NCBI GenBank assembly: GCA_048128005.1
Contig: JBEUKZ010000077.1
Coordinates: 124,001 to 188,000 of the forward strand
Length of the DNA: 64,000 nucleotides
Direction: 5' to 3'
Source of the DNA: Veleropilina oligotropha
Taxonomy: Eukaryota
Position numbers and translations under genes: made by a program. Positions within the stretch are counted from its first letter, which is position 1; the number at the start of each line of letters is the position of its first letter. Of this stretch, positions 12,647-24,006 are shown piece after piece. The notes below the pieces were generated by a model. That model was not told the origin of the DNA and did no database searches. It was given only the letters and a program-made list of their open reading frames with translations.

Positions 12647-15251
12647 ATGGTCCGGTGCAGCAACTCCGGGTGTAACCAGAAGATTCACGGGTTTGATAAG
12701 CACACGGAATGCCGTATTCACCGTAATTGTAGTAAGAAATACCAATGTGAACTGTGCTTAGCTTTGACAGAGAGGCAGTGGGCGATTGTTTTCCCTCCGG
12801 TGAAGCCGACCAGGGCGGCTGCCACGGTGGGTCCTCCCCCGGAGAAGGGACAGGAAGAGGCTGGTAAGTTAAGGGATAACGTTTCTTCTTTGTCTGCTTC
12901 AGGGACGCTGGACGACAGCCGACGTAAGGTACCGTCTGTCGCCGGATCTACCGGCGAAACCTCCGCGACTCATGGGGGAGTCGCCGAAACCTTGCCGGGA
13001 CCCCAGATTCAGGTAGGAGCCCAAGCGCTGTCCGTTACTCCTCCATCGGGCCTAGTAGCTGCAGCCAACCATACCTTGCCTGCTAGCAAGGTATATCTGG
13101 CAGCGCAGCGAACCGCTGAACAGGGCAGACGATCCCCCTCCTATTCTTCGGCCTCGAAGAATACGGGATACGTTAGTCCTTCTGCGGGAAACTCTCCGTT
13201 TAACGACGGAGAGCAACCCAATGAGAAAGCCTTTAAAGAGGCCGGACACCATTACGATGGTCTAAGATCCGGACAATTGGCGACACCTGAAACCTCGTCC
13301 GAGACTGACGCGACTAACCCCTGGGTTTTTCCGCTCAACCTCGAAGCTCACGATGTTTTCAGAGGGCCCGTTCTCTCCCGTGCACCCCCCGTGGTCACGC
13401 TAGATAACGTGGACAGACCGGCTGCGTTCGGGCAGAGGTTCTACGGTGTTCCGACCGTGCCTCTCGCGAACAGAGCGGTAGACCAGTACGGACTGTGGCC
13501 GCAGTCCTACCGGTCGCCCGGCCCACTGAATGCGCCTTCGGGCCATTCTTTCGGGTACGACCGCTCGACAAGTGACTCGAGACCCTGGTTCTCGAGGCCA
13601 CCTGTCCGTGCAGCCCGTCTACCTTCCGCCACGGTAACCTCGACAGAACTACCGGCTGTTAGTTCGACGCCCGTCATGCCTCCGGGTTTCTCTTTTGAGA
13701 TTGTCCAGGCTATGATCGCGGCGGAGTTCGAGGCCCGATGTAAGGCCTGGCAACCGGCTCCCCAGCCGGCCAGTTCCCTACATCTCTGCCCGTGGCGCAG
13801 AGCACGGCTCCTGCCTCCGTGATGGAGATCGACCCTCGTTCCGACGAGGACCTCGACTCTACTCACTCCGACCTCCCTGAATCGGTCGGGCCCGAAGACG
13901 TTAGTCTTTCAGGCACGCAGGAGCCGACCTCCACCACCCGCCGAAGGCTCGACGCCGTTGCGTCACTTCGCGGGGTGCTTGGCTTGCCGGAACCGACTCG
14001 GTCGGAAGTAGGCTCAGTCAAGCACAGGACGGCAGCACATCGGTTTGTTGAGAAGGAAGCCCCCTTGCTTCCTTCCTTACCTCAGTCTGGGCTGGTTGAT
14101 CTTGTCGTCGACACTACAACCAAGCTCATACATGGGCGCAATCCGGTGGAGTCCTCCCCGCTGACCGAGTACCCTTCGGGGTTCCGTAGTGGGAGGTACC
14201 TCCGGGCCAGTTCGCGTTCGATCCCGTTCGCGTGTACTGGTCCGTGCCTGGCGACTGAGCCGGCTCATGTGGACGCAGCGTTGCGTCGACTGACCGCCAG
14301 TCACACTCCCTCCGTGGCGAAAGTTCCTTGGTCCGCCTTGGAATCTTTCGAGAGCGCCGCCCGACGGGCTCTGCGGCTGTCGTCCGTTCAGGATTTTTTC
14401 CTAGACGGGGCGATAGCCGTACTACAGGAGGAAGGACCCGGCGCCCGTGAGGCAGCCCTGTCCTTCCTCCAGGAGGTTGCTGCCGTAATGGAGACCAGCG
14501 CGTTGGAGACGGGACGTGTCCTGGGCAATGCACTCCTACTTCGTAGGGATGCTTGCCTGGAAGGCACCTCGCTAGACGAGGCCACCCGGCGCTCGTTGCG
14601 ATGCGTGCCTTGCTCGGCCACCACTCTTTTTGGTGACAATTTCACGGAATTCGTCGACAAGAGAGCGGCGGACATGAAGGACCGTGCCATCGAGAAGGCG
14701 GTACTGCACCCCACCCGGGGTCCACCCGCCGACTCGAGGATTTTTTCCTAGATTTTTTCCTAGACGGGGCGATAGCCGTACTACAGGAGGAAGGACCCGG
14801 CGCCCGTGAGGCAGCCCTGTCCTTCCTCCAGGAGGTTGCTGCCGTAATGGAGACCAGCGCGTTGGAGACGGGACGTGTCCTGGGCAATGCACTCCTACTT
14901 CGTAGGGATGCTTGCCTGGAAGGCACCTCGCTAGACGAGGCCACCCGGCGCTCGTTGCGATGCGTGCCTTGCTCGGCCACCACTCTTTTTGGCGACAATT
15001 TCACGGAATTCGTCGACAAGAGAGCGGCGGACATGAAGGACCGTGCCATCGAGAAGGCGGTACTGCACCCCACCCGGGGTCCACCCGCCGACTCGAGGAA
15101 GCGTTCAGGGCCCACCCGGACCCCGAAGCCTTCTAAGCGTGCAAAGCCCTCTTCTGGTGGTAGGCCTCCGGCCAGTAAACCCACGCAGAGGAGGCAAGCA
15201 CCTCCAGCGAAATCCCGTAAGCAGAGCGGGAGAGGGAAGCCTCGGCCCTAG
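12647..15251 (+). pseudogene. DIRS-A ORF1 (gag-like, N-terminal Cys/His cluster), frameshifted and internally duplicated
   Basis: MVRCSNSGC...HTECRIHRNC...CELC; ORF pieces 12635-13822, 13792-14751, 14847-15251; basic C-terminus; homologous to DIRS-B ORF1. Confidence 0.85.
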
Positions 15252-16530
15252 GGCTGCCGGCATTCGCGACGGTCCCAGCTGCTCGCTTCCGCCGGTGGGA
15301 GCGTGTCTGTTAGCGTACAGCCAGTCGTGGCTAGATCTGACAGACAGCAGCTGGGTCCACTCAGTCGTGAGTGCCGGATACAAGTTGGCATTCAACCGGC
15401 ATCCGACCCTAACCGAGGCACCACCACCAAGACACGCTCGCCTCCTACACGGAGAAAAGCAAGCGGTCTTAGACCAGGCAGTGCGGGATTTGCTCCTCAA
15501 AGGAGCGATATATCCCGCGCCGCCCAGCACACCAGGATTTTACAGCCATTTCTTCCTGGTCCCGAAACCCGATGGCCGCTGGCGACCGATCCTCGATCTC
15601 TCGTATCTCAACCGATATCTTCGCACCGAGAAATTCCAGCAAGAAACCCTCTCGAAGATACGAGCGGCCATCCGTCCGGGAGACTGGGCAGCGTCTATCG
15701 ATCTGACCGACGCGTATCTGCATGTCCCGATGCATATCACGGCTCATCAGTACCTTCGGTTTATACACGGGGAGACGATCTACCAATTCAGGTGCCTACC
15801 GTTCTGTCTATCGTCAGCCCCGTACGTCTTCACGAGAACAGTACAGGCCCTCGGAGCCTTCCTACACTCTCTAGGGCACAGGGTACATATGTACCTCGAC
15901 GACTGGCTGATCCTCGGGGCATCCCGAGATCTGTGCCTCCGGTCTACGAGCTTTACCCTGTCATCGACGAAGCGCCTGGGATTTCAGATCAACGAGACAA
16001 AATCCTGCTTCGTGCCCTCGACGACGTTTACGTTCCTCGGAGTCGACTTCGATACGGTCCGGTACACCGCGAAACCGACCCAGAAACGTATGCGGAACCT
16101 ACGCGCGGTTATTCAAGACACCCTGTCATCGGAGATAACTACGGCGCGACAACTGGCCACTGTCCTGGGGCACATCGAGTCGGTAGCGACCCTGCTACCG
16201 ACGGATCGAATGGACAAACGACCGTGACAACAGGCGTTCAGCGATCGCTGGATACAACGGACGGGACAGTGGACGGATTGTATCGATCTTCGGCATTGGT
16301 TTACCCGCACGACAGCAGTGTGGTTGAACCCTGCTTTGCCGAGCCAGTCGGTTCCTATATCCCTGCCAGAGCCGAACGCTTACCTGTTCACAGACGCTTC
16401 GAACGACGGCTGGGGTGGTCACCTCGACAGTTACGAGACATCGGGCCTACGGCCGACGGACCTTCAGGGACGACACATCAACTTCCTAGAGTTAGAAGCC
16501 GTTTACCTGTCAGTACGGTCCCTCTCGTCT
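15043..16530 (+). pseudogene. DIRS-A reverse transcriptase and N-terminal RNase H
   Basis: FFLVPKPDGRWRPILDL, IDLTDAYLHVP, LPFCLSSAP, YLDD; stop at 16225-16227; then LFTDASNDGWG...HINFLELEAV. Confidence 0.93.
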
Positions 16531-18019
16531 GAGTGCAGCTTTCGATACAATTGACCACCAAATTCTGTTTAACCGCCTGAACGCCTACTTTGGAATCAAG
16601 CAATCAGCGCTTACATGGATCAAGTCATATCTACATGAGCGAAAACAAACCGTCGTCATAAACGGCATGAAAAGTGACCCTGCCTCTCTCCCTTACGGTG
16701 TGCCCCAAGGTTCCGTCTTAGGTCCGATTCTGTTTTCGATGTATGTCACACCCGTAGCAGAGATTGCCTCCAAATATAATCTGTCCTATCATTTCTACGC
16801 AGATGACAGTCAAATATATATTGCATTTGATCCCAAAAGCTCCTTCAAGGCAAGCCTAGATATATTGGAGAGCTGTGTTTCAGAGATCAAACACTGGATG
16901 TGCACAAACATGCTGAAACTCAATGATGATAAAACTGAGTTTATTATATTTGGCTCAAGAAGTAACATCACAAAGGTCCGAGATGTAAACCTACAAGTTG
17001 GTGAAACTGAAATAAACTCCAGCGAATTTGTAAGAAATTTGGGTGCTTACTTCGACAACACTATGTCGATGGAAAAATTCGTCTCTGATAAAGTTAAATG
17101 CTCATTATTCTTCCTAAGAAACATCAGACGCATCCGTCGTTTTTTAACACCAGATGCAACGAAGCTTCTTGTGCATGCATATGTCATATCTCGCCTTGAT
17201 TATTCAAACAGTTTACTTTTCGGAATAAACGCAAGCTTCATTAACAGATTGCAGCAAGTTCAGAATGCCGCAGCCAGGCTGATTTTACTTGCCCAGCCAA
17301 GGGACCATGCAACCCCGCTGCTATATAGCCTACACTGGCTCCCTGTTGAGAAACGGATTATCTTCAAAATTCTTACATTCGTTTACAATTCTCTTCAAGG
17401 AAAAGCGCCTGGATATATTATTGAACTTCTTGCTCAATATCGACCTATTAGAGCACTTAGGTCGCAGCATTTACAACAGTTGACAGAGAATAGAACAAAG
17501 AATAAATATGGCGATAGAGCATTTATCAACAATGCCCCAAAACTCTGGAACAAACTCCCATCCAAAGTAAAGGAAAGCACATCTCAGACAAGTTTTCGGA
17601 AGACGTTGAAAACGCACCTATTTGCTGATGTATATGCCAACCTGATCAAATCTCACTAACAATTCAGCTGACATCGTAGTAGTGGAGGACAGTAATGACT
17701 GCTTCACATCTGTTCATTGTTATTGCTTATAGCATTCATCATATGTATCATTCAAAGTTGGTTGAAGTTCACGCTGATGGCTGCTTCACCTCTTTGTCTG
17801 ATTGCGCTTGTAAAAAAAATAATAAAATTGAAAAAACTCAACAACAAAAAATATTCTGTTTATTATTATTATTGCTTATTGCATTCATAGTATGTATCAT
17901 TGATGTCTCTCCTGTATATTCTTGTGTACATTGTACTGTAATATTAGTTATAGTTTGTACTGCGCTTAGAGCTACACTAGAATAGGCGCATTATAAATGT
18001 ATTAAATAATAATAATAAT
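16528..18019 (+). mobile_element. 5'-truncated L2-clade LINE inserted in DIRS-A RNase H
   Basis: Starts at LSAAFDTIDH; GVPQGSVLGP, YADD, LHWLPV; stop 17659; 3' gcgc-stem, ataaat and (AAT)n tail. Confidence 0.9.
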
Positions 18020-18670
18020 CTCCGCAACAAGCACATAATGCTCGCCACGGACAACACGACTGTCGTCGCTTACATTCAGCACCAGGGCGGCACTCGCTCG
18101 CGTCCCCTTTGCGACCGAGCAATCGACCTACACCGCCTAGTGATGTCCCCCAACTCGACGATACGAGCCCGACACATCCCGGGAAAGCTGAATGTCAGAG
18201 CGGACTCGCTCTCTCGGAAATCACAGATAATACACACAGAGTGGACGCTACACAGCCGAGTAGCTCGGGACGTTTGTCGCCGGTGGTCACAACCCCAAGT
18301 CGATCTGTTTGCAACAGAATTCAATCACCGACTACCTCTGTATGTCTCCCCGTACCCGGACCCGGCCGCCCTAGCGGTCGACGCACTGTCAATGACATGG
18401 GAGAATCTGTCCGCGTATGCCTTCCCCCCGTCGTGCATTCTGACACTCGTACTACAGAAGGCATCGAACGAACGTTGCGAGATAACGCTAATCGCGCCCC
18501 TGTATCGCACGCAACCTTGGTTTCCGACCCTCCTCATCTGATCGTCGACCGACCGTTAGCGCTCCCGCAGCGACCGGACCTGTTAATGCAGGCGCGCAGC
18601 TGTGTATTACATCCATCGCCGAACGACTTACGTTTACACGCCTGGCGGTTATCGAACGATCCCTTGCTAA
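18020..18670 (+). pseudogene. DIRS-A C-terminal RNase H and DNA N6-adenine methyltransferase-like domain
   Basis: TDNTTVVAYI..GGTRS, HIPGKLNVRADSLSR, VDLFA, YAFPP, PWF, LHAW; frameshift near 18538. Confidence 0.9.
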
Positions 18671-19868
18671 GAAAGGATTTTCTCGCGCAACAGCCCTACG
18701 CATCTACCGATCGAGAAGGCTTTCCACGTCTAAAGTTTATGACTACCGATGGGTTAAGTACGTGGATTGGTGTCACAGCCGGCAGGTCAATATTAGTAGC
18801 AATATACTCTACGTCATTACCAATGCCATAATAGCCATATTATCGCTAAACCGGAAACTGTGAAAAAGCATTTCACTTTCTTTTAAATTTACACGCTTAC
18901 CCCCCCTGCTCACCTCTCTCGCGTTCCTCTCACGAGATCTGCCCAAGTCTCGCGAGACCTCAGAGACCAAGACAGATCTGGTATCATTTTTAAGTCATCC
19001 GTCAGTCTGTCCGGACGTGCTTACAGTCTAGTTAAAAATAGACGATTAATAAGTTACTTTAAAACAGTTTCTTTCGCACAATATTGTGCCGTTCATAATT
19101 TATTATGATCTGAAGAAGAATTGTAACTGTGTGTTGAGTATTCAGGTCGAATTATCAATTCTTAAAAGTTGTGTGATTCTGGCCACGAGTTTTTCGGCCC
19201 GCCATCTTGGATATTACAAAGTGAAAATCTAAAGAGGGCCGCTCAGGAGGGAAGGTTCTTCAAGCGGGAAAGCTTCGCATAGGCGAATCCTTTCAAAGGA
19301 AGAAGTGTTTTGTTGCTAATATTGCTTGAAATTACTATGTATTTCATATATATATTAGATAATTCCTTAGCGGCGTATCTTGCTTAAATTCTTAGTAACT
19401 TTGTTCAATCGAATTTAGCGTCGCTAACAAGGCAGATATTTAGGTATTAACGTGCGTTATTTAGCCTATCTGCCGAATCTGGGATATTTCGCCAAAGCTC
19501 TAACCTATTGAAATCAACATCCACGAGGTTTTCAGGTGTTTAAAGGCGGCTGTTTCTATATATAGCCTCCTACTATCTATATATATCCGCCTGCATTCAA
19601 TTTGTTAGTGTCCGACTAGCCGTTTTAATAAAGCTTATACGTCGGGCTTGGTTTATATTCTAGTCGGGTTTCTTGTCTGTACTTCGGTTGCTACGCAATC
19701 CGAAGTGTGACTCATAACAATTTAGGGTTGATATCCGGTCTTTTCCTATATACTTCGGATTAGAGACCCCTTTAAAGGTGTAGTAGTTAAACAACACGTG
19801 AAGCGTACTACCCGGATATCCCTTAATTTCCCGGTTTCCCACTACCTTTCCTACCCGTGTAATCAGCC

Positions 19869-21050
19869 ATGGTCCGTTGCAGTGAGCCTGAGTGTAACCA
19901 AAAGATACACAGCTTCGACAAGCATTCGGTATGTCGCATACACCGTAGTTGTGCTAAGAGATACCCTTGTGCTAAATGTCTAATTTTAACGGATCGGCAG
20001 TGGGCACTTATTTACCCACCAGAGGCTACCAGGGAGTCCGTCTCTGTTGGGCTTCCCCCGGAGGAACAGACGACGGGTAAGTCAGGGATAATTTCTGATT
20101 CGTCTGTTTCAGGGACGCGAAGCGACCAGCGAACTGGGGCATCGCAGGTTGCAGGACCCGCCGACGAAACCGCTACGGTTTTGGGGAAAACCGTGGGAAC
20201 CTTGCCGGCGTCCCAGGTTCAAGACCAGGTAAGAGGAGCCCGAGTGCAGTCCGTTTCTCCTCGAACCCCGGGCCTAGTAGCTGCGTCCAACAGTACCTTG
20301 CCGGCTAGCAAGGTACACCGGACCTTACAGCGAACAGCTGAGCAGGGCAGGCTGTCCCCTTCCTCTCTTCCGGCCTCGGAAGAGCAGGGGACGGCTAGTC
20401 CTTCTGTCACAAGCTGTATGTCGAGTGGCATACAGCTGACGGCAGAGCAAGTTGGAATAGTTGCCGGACACCACCAAAGTGGTTTAAGATCCGGACCACC
20501 AACGACACCCGACTCACTGGCCGATGGTGCGACCGACCCTCCCCAGGGTTCGTCCTTACACCTCGGAGCTCCCAGTCTTGTCGGAGGGCCCGCCGACTCC
20601 CCTGTCCCCCTTGGGTACAGACTAGTTGGCGCGGACGGACCGGCTGCGTTCGGGATGGGTATGTATGCGGGAGCTTCCCCCGTCTACCCACTGAACAGAG
20701 CGGCGACCTCCACGGGACTGTGGCCGCAGTCTTTCGGAGGTCGAGCTCCGGTTAACACGCCTTTTGGCCCGTTCTCCGGGAGTAACCGCTCGTCAGGCGA
20801 TGCAAGACCCTGGTACTCGTATCAATCTGGCCCAGCAGCCCGTCTACCATGTGCCACGATGTCCTCGAGCGATCCACTGGCTGTTTGATCGACGCCCGTC
20901 TTGCCTGTTGGTCTCTCTATGGAGAGCGTCCAGGCGATGATTGCGGCGGAATTCGAGACCCGCAGTAGGGCCTGGCTTCCGGCTGTTCAGCCGCCCCAGG
21001 TCTCTGCTCCTCTGCTCGTGGCCCAGAGCACGGCTCCTGCCTCGGTGATG
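19869..21050 (+). pseudogene. DIRS-B ORF1 (gag-like) 5' part
   Basis: MVRCSEPECNQKIHSFDKHSVCRIHRSC; collinear with DIRS-A ORF1; stop at 20886-20888; truncated after STAPASVM. Confidence 0.85.
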
Positions 21051-21078
21051 TTCCTACGAACTCGAAAGACCGATTTGC

Positions 21079-21813
21079 ATGGCGCGGCCGCCTGCCTGGA
21101 ATATCATCCTTATCCTTAATGCTCTGCTAGAAAGCCCGATTGAGCCGTTACGTAATGCTTCCATACGTAACCTTACCTACAAAACCGTATTTCTAATTGC
21201 GTTTGCGTCGGGCAAAAGGGTTTCTGAGATACACAGCTTCTCAGCAGAGCTCCGAGATATTAGATTCCAGTCTGACGGATCGGTCATTTTACGCCCTATA
21301 TTGGGATTTATTGCTAAAAACCAGCGGCCAGGCGATATTGCTCCGGAGGTCGTGATACCTACGCTTTCTATTGTCGGTAGAAACGATATCGACCGCCTTA
21401 ACTGCCCGGTGCGCGCGCTTCGGTATTATCTGGACCGTACACGTGATTTTCGACGAGGCAAAAAACGCTTGTTTATTTCGTACTTGCCCAATTTCACCCG
21501 CGATGTATCAAAGAATACTATCTCGAGATGGATTTGTCGAACGGTTCAGCAGATATACTCGAGTTCCAACGAAGCTGACCGCAACCTAATTGCTGTCCGT
21601 GCCCATGAAACAAGAGCGATATCGACGAGTCTGGCATTTAGACATTGTCTGAATATTACCTCCCTGTTACAGGCAGGGTATTGGAGAAACCCGAATGTGT
21701 TTGTAAAACATTATTTACGCGATTTCTCGACTGGTGCGGATGGTTTGTCAAGTGTTCAATGTGTTGCTGCGCAACACTGCATTACCAGGACATCCAGGTC
21801 AAATACACAGTGA
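21079..21813 (+). CDS. DIRS-B tyrosine recombinase catalytic domain (open, N-terminally truncated)
   Basis: SGKRVSE, LNCPVRAL, HETR, GYW, FVKHY; 244 aa without stops. Confidence 0.85.
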   Translation: MARPPAWNIILILNALLESPIEPLRNASIRNLTYKTVFLIAFASGKRVSEIHSFSAELRDIRFQSDGSVILRPILGFIAKNQRPGDIAPEVVIPTLSIVGRNDIDRLNCPVRALRYYLDRTRDFRRGKKRLFISYLPNFTRDVSKNTISRWICRTVQQIYSSSNEADRNLIAVRAHETRAISTSLAFRHCLNITSLLQAGYWRNPNVFVKHYLRDFSTGADGLSSVQCVAAQHCITRTSRSNTQ

Positions 21814-24006
21814 CAGGTATTGTAAATACTTAATTGGTAATTATACAGTCACTCCGCATTTTTGTGCAACTCGATTGTGTAGCTTGCTAACAATTAGTGT
21901 TGTTTTCATTGTGTTGTCTGCAGTCCAATATTTCTATTTATGGACTGAGAATAAATTGTCAGATCTGAGTTCACATGCCACTCACATTGAAATTAGACAT
22001 TTATAATGCTAAATCTTAAAAGGGTTTTAGATTTTGATATTATTGAAGCTCATTTGCTGTTATGAGCTTACGGTGTTGCGACATTGAAAAATTTAATATC
22101 ATTCAATCTTTAACAATTTTCTTTAAGTAACATGGGGACATGTTTGCATTTCGCTATTTGGTCAATATGGAATATAATATGTACGTGTATATATTACTTA
22201 TATCTATTAATAATTGCATAACTGGTTACATTCACAACCTTTTCAGGTACTGCATGTTTGTCGCAAGTTGACTGCATCTTTTGGTTACCGGCCTCGACGC
22301 CCAGGGTTTACTAAAAGCTGCTTCGGTCCATGACATCTAAGTCCTACAGGATTTATCCTCCGGCCTTGCCTGGGGCTGATTGCACTTTCGCGTCACCTTG
22401 TCCGACTAACACCTCTGGCGTTTTTTCCAAGGTTCATTGGTCAAAATTCAGTCGGGGTAAGGGTAGAATTGTAATACTCAGTAATTCCATCCTGAGCGGA
22501 CGCGAGTCGGCGCTACTAGCTGCTCCATGGTGACAAGTAAGTAACTTGTTTGGGTATTAATTTCGTTAGAACTTAGCCCACCGTCCAAAGTTATTCTGGC
22601 ATTGGTAATGACGTAGAGTATATTGCTACTAATAAGAGGTTTTTAGGTAAACCTAGTATTAGTTAGAATATACTTACGTCACTACACGTCTACCCACCCT
22701 GCTCATGGCATTCGCTTCCAACCCCTCTTGCTAAGTTCCTCTACGCACTGTAGATTCCTCTGACTTAAAAATGATACCAGATCTGTCTTGGTCTCTGAGG
22801 TCTCGCGAGACTTGGGCAGATCTCGTGAGAGGAACGCGAGAGGTGAGCAGGGGGGGTAAGCGTGTAAATTTAAAAGAAAGTGAAACGCTTTTTCACAGTT
22901 TCCGGTTTAGCGATAATATGGCTATTATGGCATTGGTTATGACGTAAGTATATTCTAACTAATATTAGGTTTACCTAAAAACCTCTTATTCTCCGCCCCC
23001 CTGTGAACAAGTTTATCGAGTTTTTATCGTCGCTCTTTGAACGCGGTATGTCAGTGTCCGCCGTCAAATGCTATCGGGCAACGCGACACAGTGCCGTGCT
23101 CATGTTGGCCTATCTAGCGACCGAACGATTTCGGATTTTATTTGATCCTACGAACTCGAGATTCCGACCCGAACCATACGGCCACCTGCCTGGAACATCG
23201 TTCTCATTCTTAACGCTCTACTCTTACCGCCGTACGAGCCTATGTCCACGGCGTCTATGAGGAACTTAACGCACAAAACGGTTTTTCTGATCGCCTTAGC
23301 GTCGGGCAGGCGTTGTTCCGAAGTTCATAGTTTATCCGCAGAGCTACGAGACGTTCGTTTCCAGTCAGACGGGTCGGTGATGCTGCGTCCTATCTTGGGT
23401 TTTCTCGCCAAGAATCAACGGCCGAACGAAGACGCACCCGATATTATTATCCCCAAGCTTACGCTGGTCGGAAGGTACGATGCAGACCGGTTAAACTGCC
23501 CCGTGCGGGCCCTGCGCTTCTACCTCGACAGGACCCGTGATATGCGGCAAGGAAAACTACGTTTATTCATTTCGTATTTACCTTCTTATACCCGCGACAT
23601 TACAAAGACGACTGTTTCGCGGTGGATTTCACAGGTAGTGAGAGATGTGTACTCTCGCTGTGAAGAAGTAGACCGCACTATTTTATCAGTCCGCGCGCAC
23701 GAGGTCCGTGCAATTGCAGCTTCCATTGCCTTCCGACACAGTTTAAATATCTCAGCGTTGCTTCAAGCAGGTTACTGGAAAAATGCTAATGTCTTTGTCA
23801 AGCATTATCTGCGGGATTATTCAACTGGTGCTGATGGTTTGAGCAGTCTACAGTGTGTAGCTGCCCAAAGATGTATTATTAGACAGAGGTCGTCTAATCA
23901 GTGAGTATTCTTTCTTGATTAATCAATTAAATACTTCGTGCTGACACAATGTTATTGTTATGCCTAGCTATTCTATGAAATAGACATTATGAGGCGATTC
24001 AATGTA

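Larger units (their letters stand above)
18791..22990 (+). mobile_element. Second DIRS1-type element (DIRS-B), internally deleted with no RT/RH/MT
   Basis: ITRs 18791-18997 and 22761-22990; ICR 22597-22681; ORF1 5' part joined near 21050 to YR 3' part. Confidence 0.95.
18660..23904 (+). pseudogene. DIRS-A tyrosine recombinase, split by DIRS-B at 18791-22990
   Basis: Removing DIRS-B rejoins ...KYVDWCHSRQVN|ILRPPVNKFIEFL...; catalytic part 23242-23904 has SGRRCSE, HEVR, GYW, FVKHY; stop at 23143-23145 and a frameshift near 23085. Confidence 0.92.

Noticed and set aside
15303..16532. 409 aa ORF overlapping the RT as a separate gene
   Set aside because: Overlapping frames are normal in DIRS; it likely is the long 5' extension of the YR frame (cut by the LINE) and has no recognisable domain.
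22330..22533. Small extra ORF in DIRS-B 3' region
   Set aside because: The homologous DIRS-A region has several 1 nt indels and stops; treated as non-coding conservation.
21079..23904. Phage integrase or bacterial contamination
   Set aside because: The recombinases lie within DIRS ITR/ICR structures inside a spliceosomal intron.
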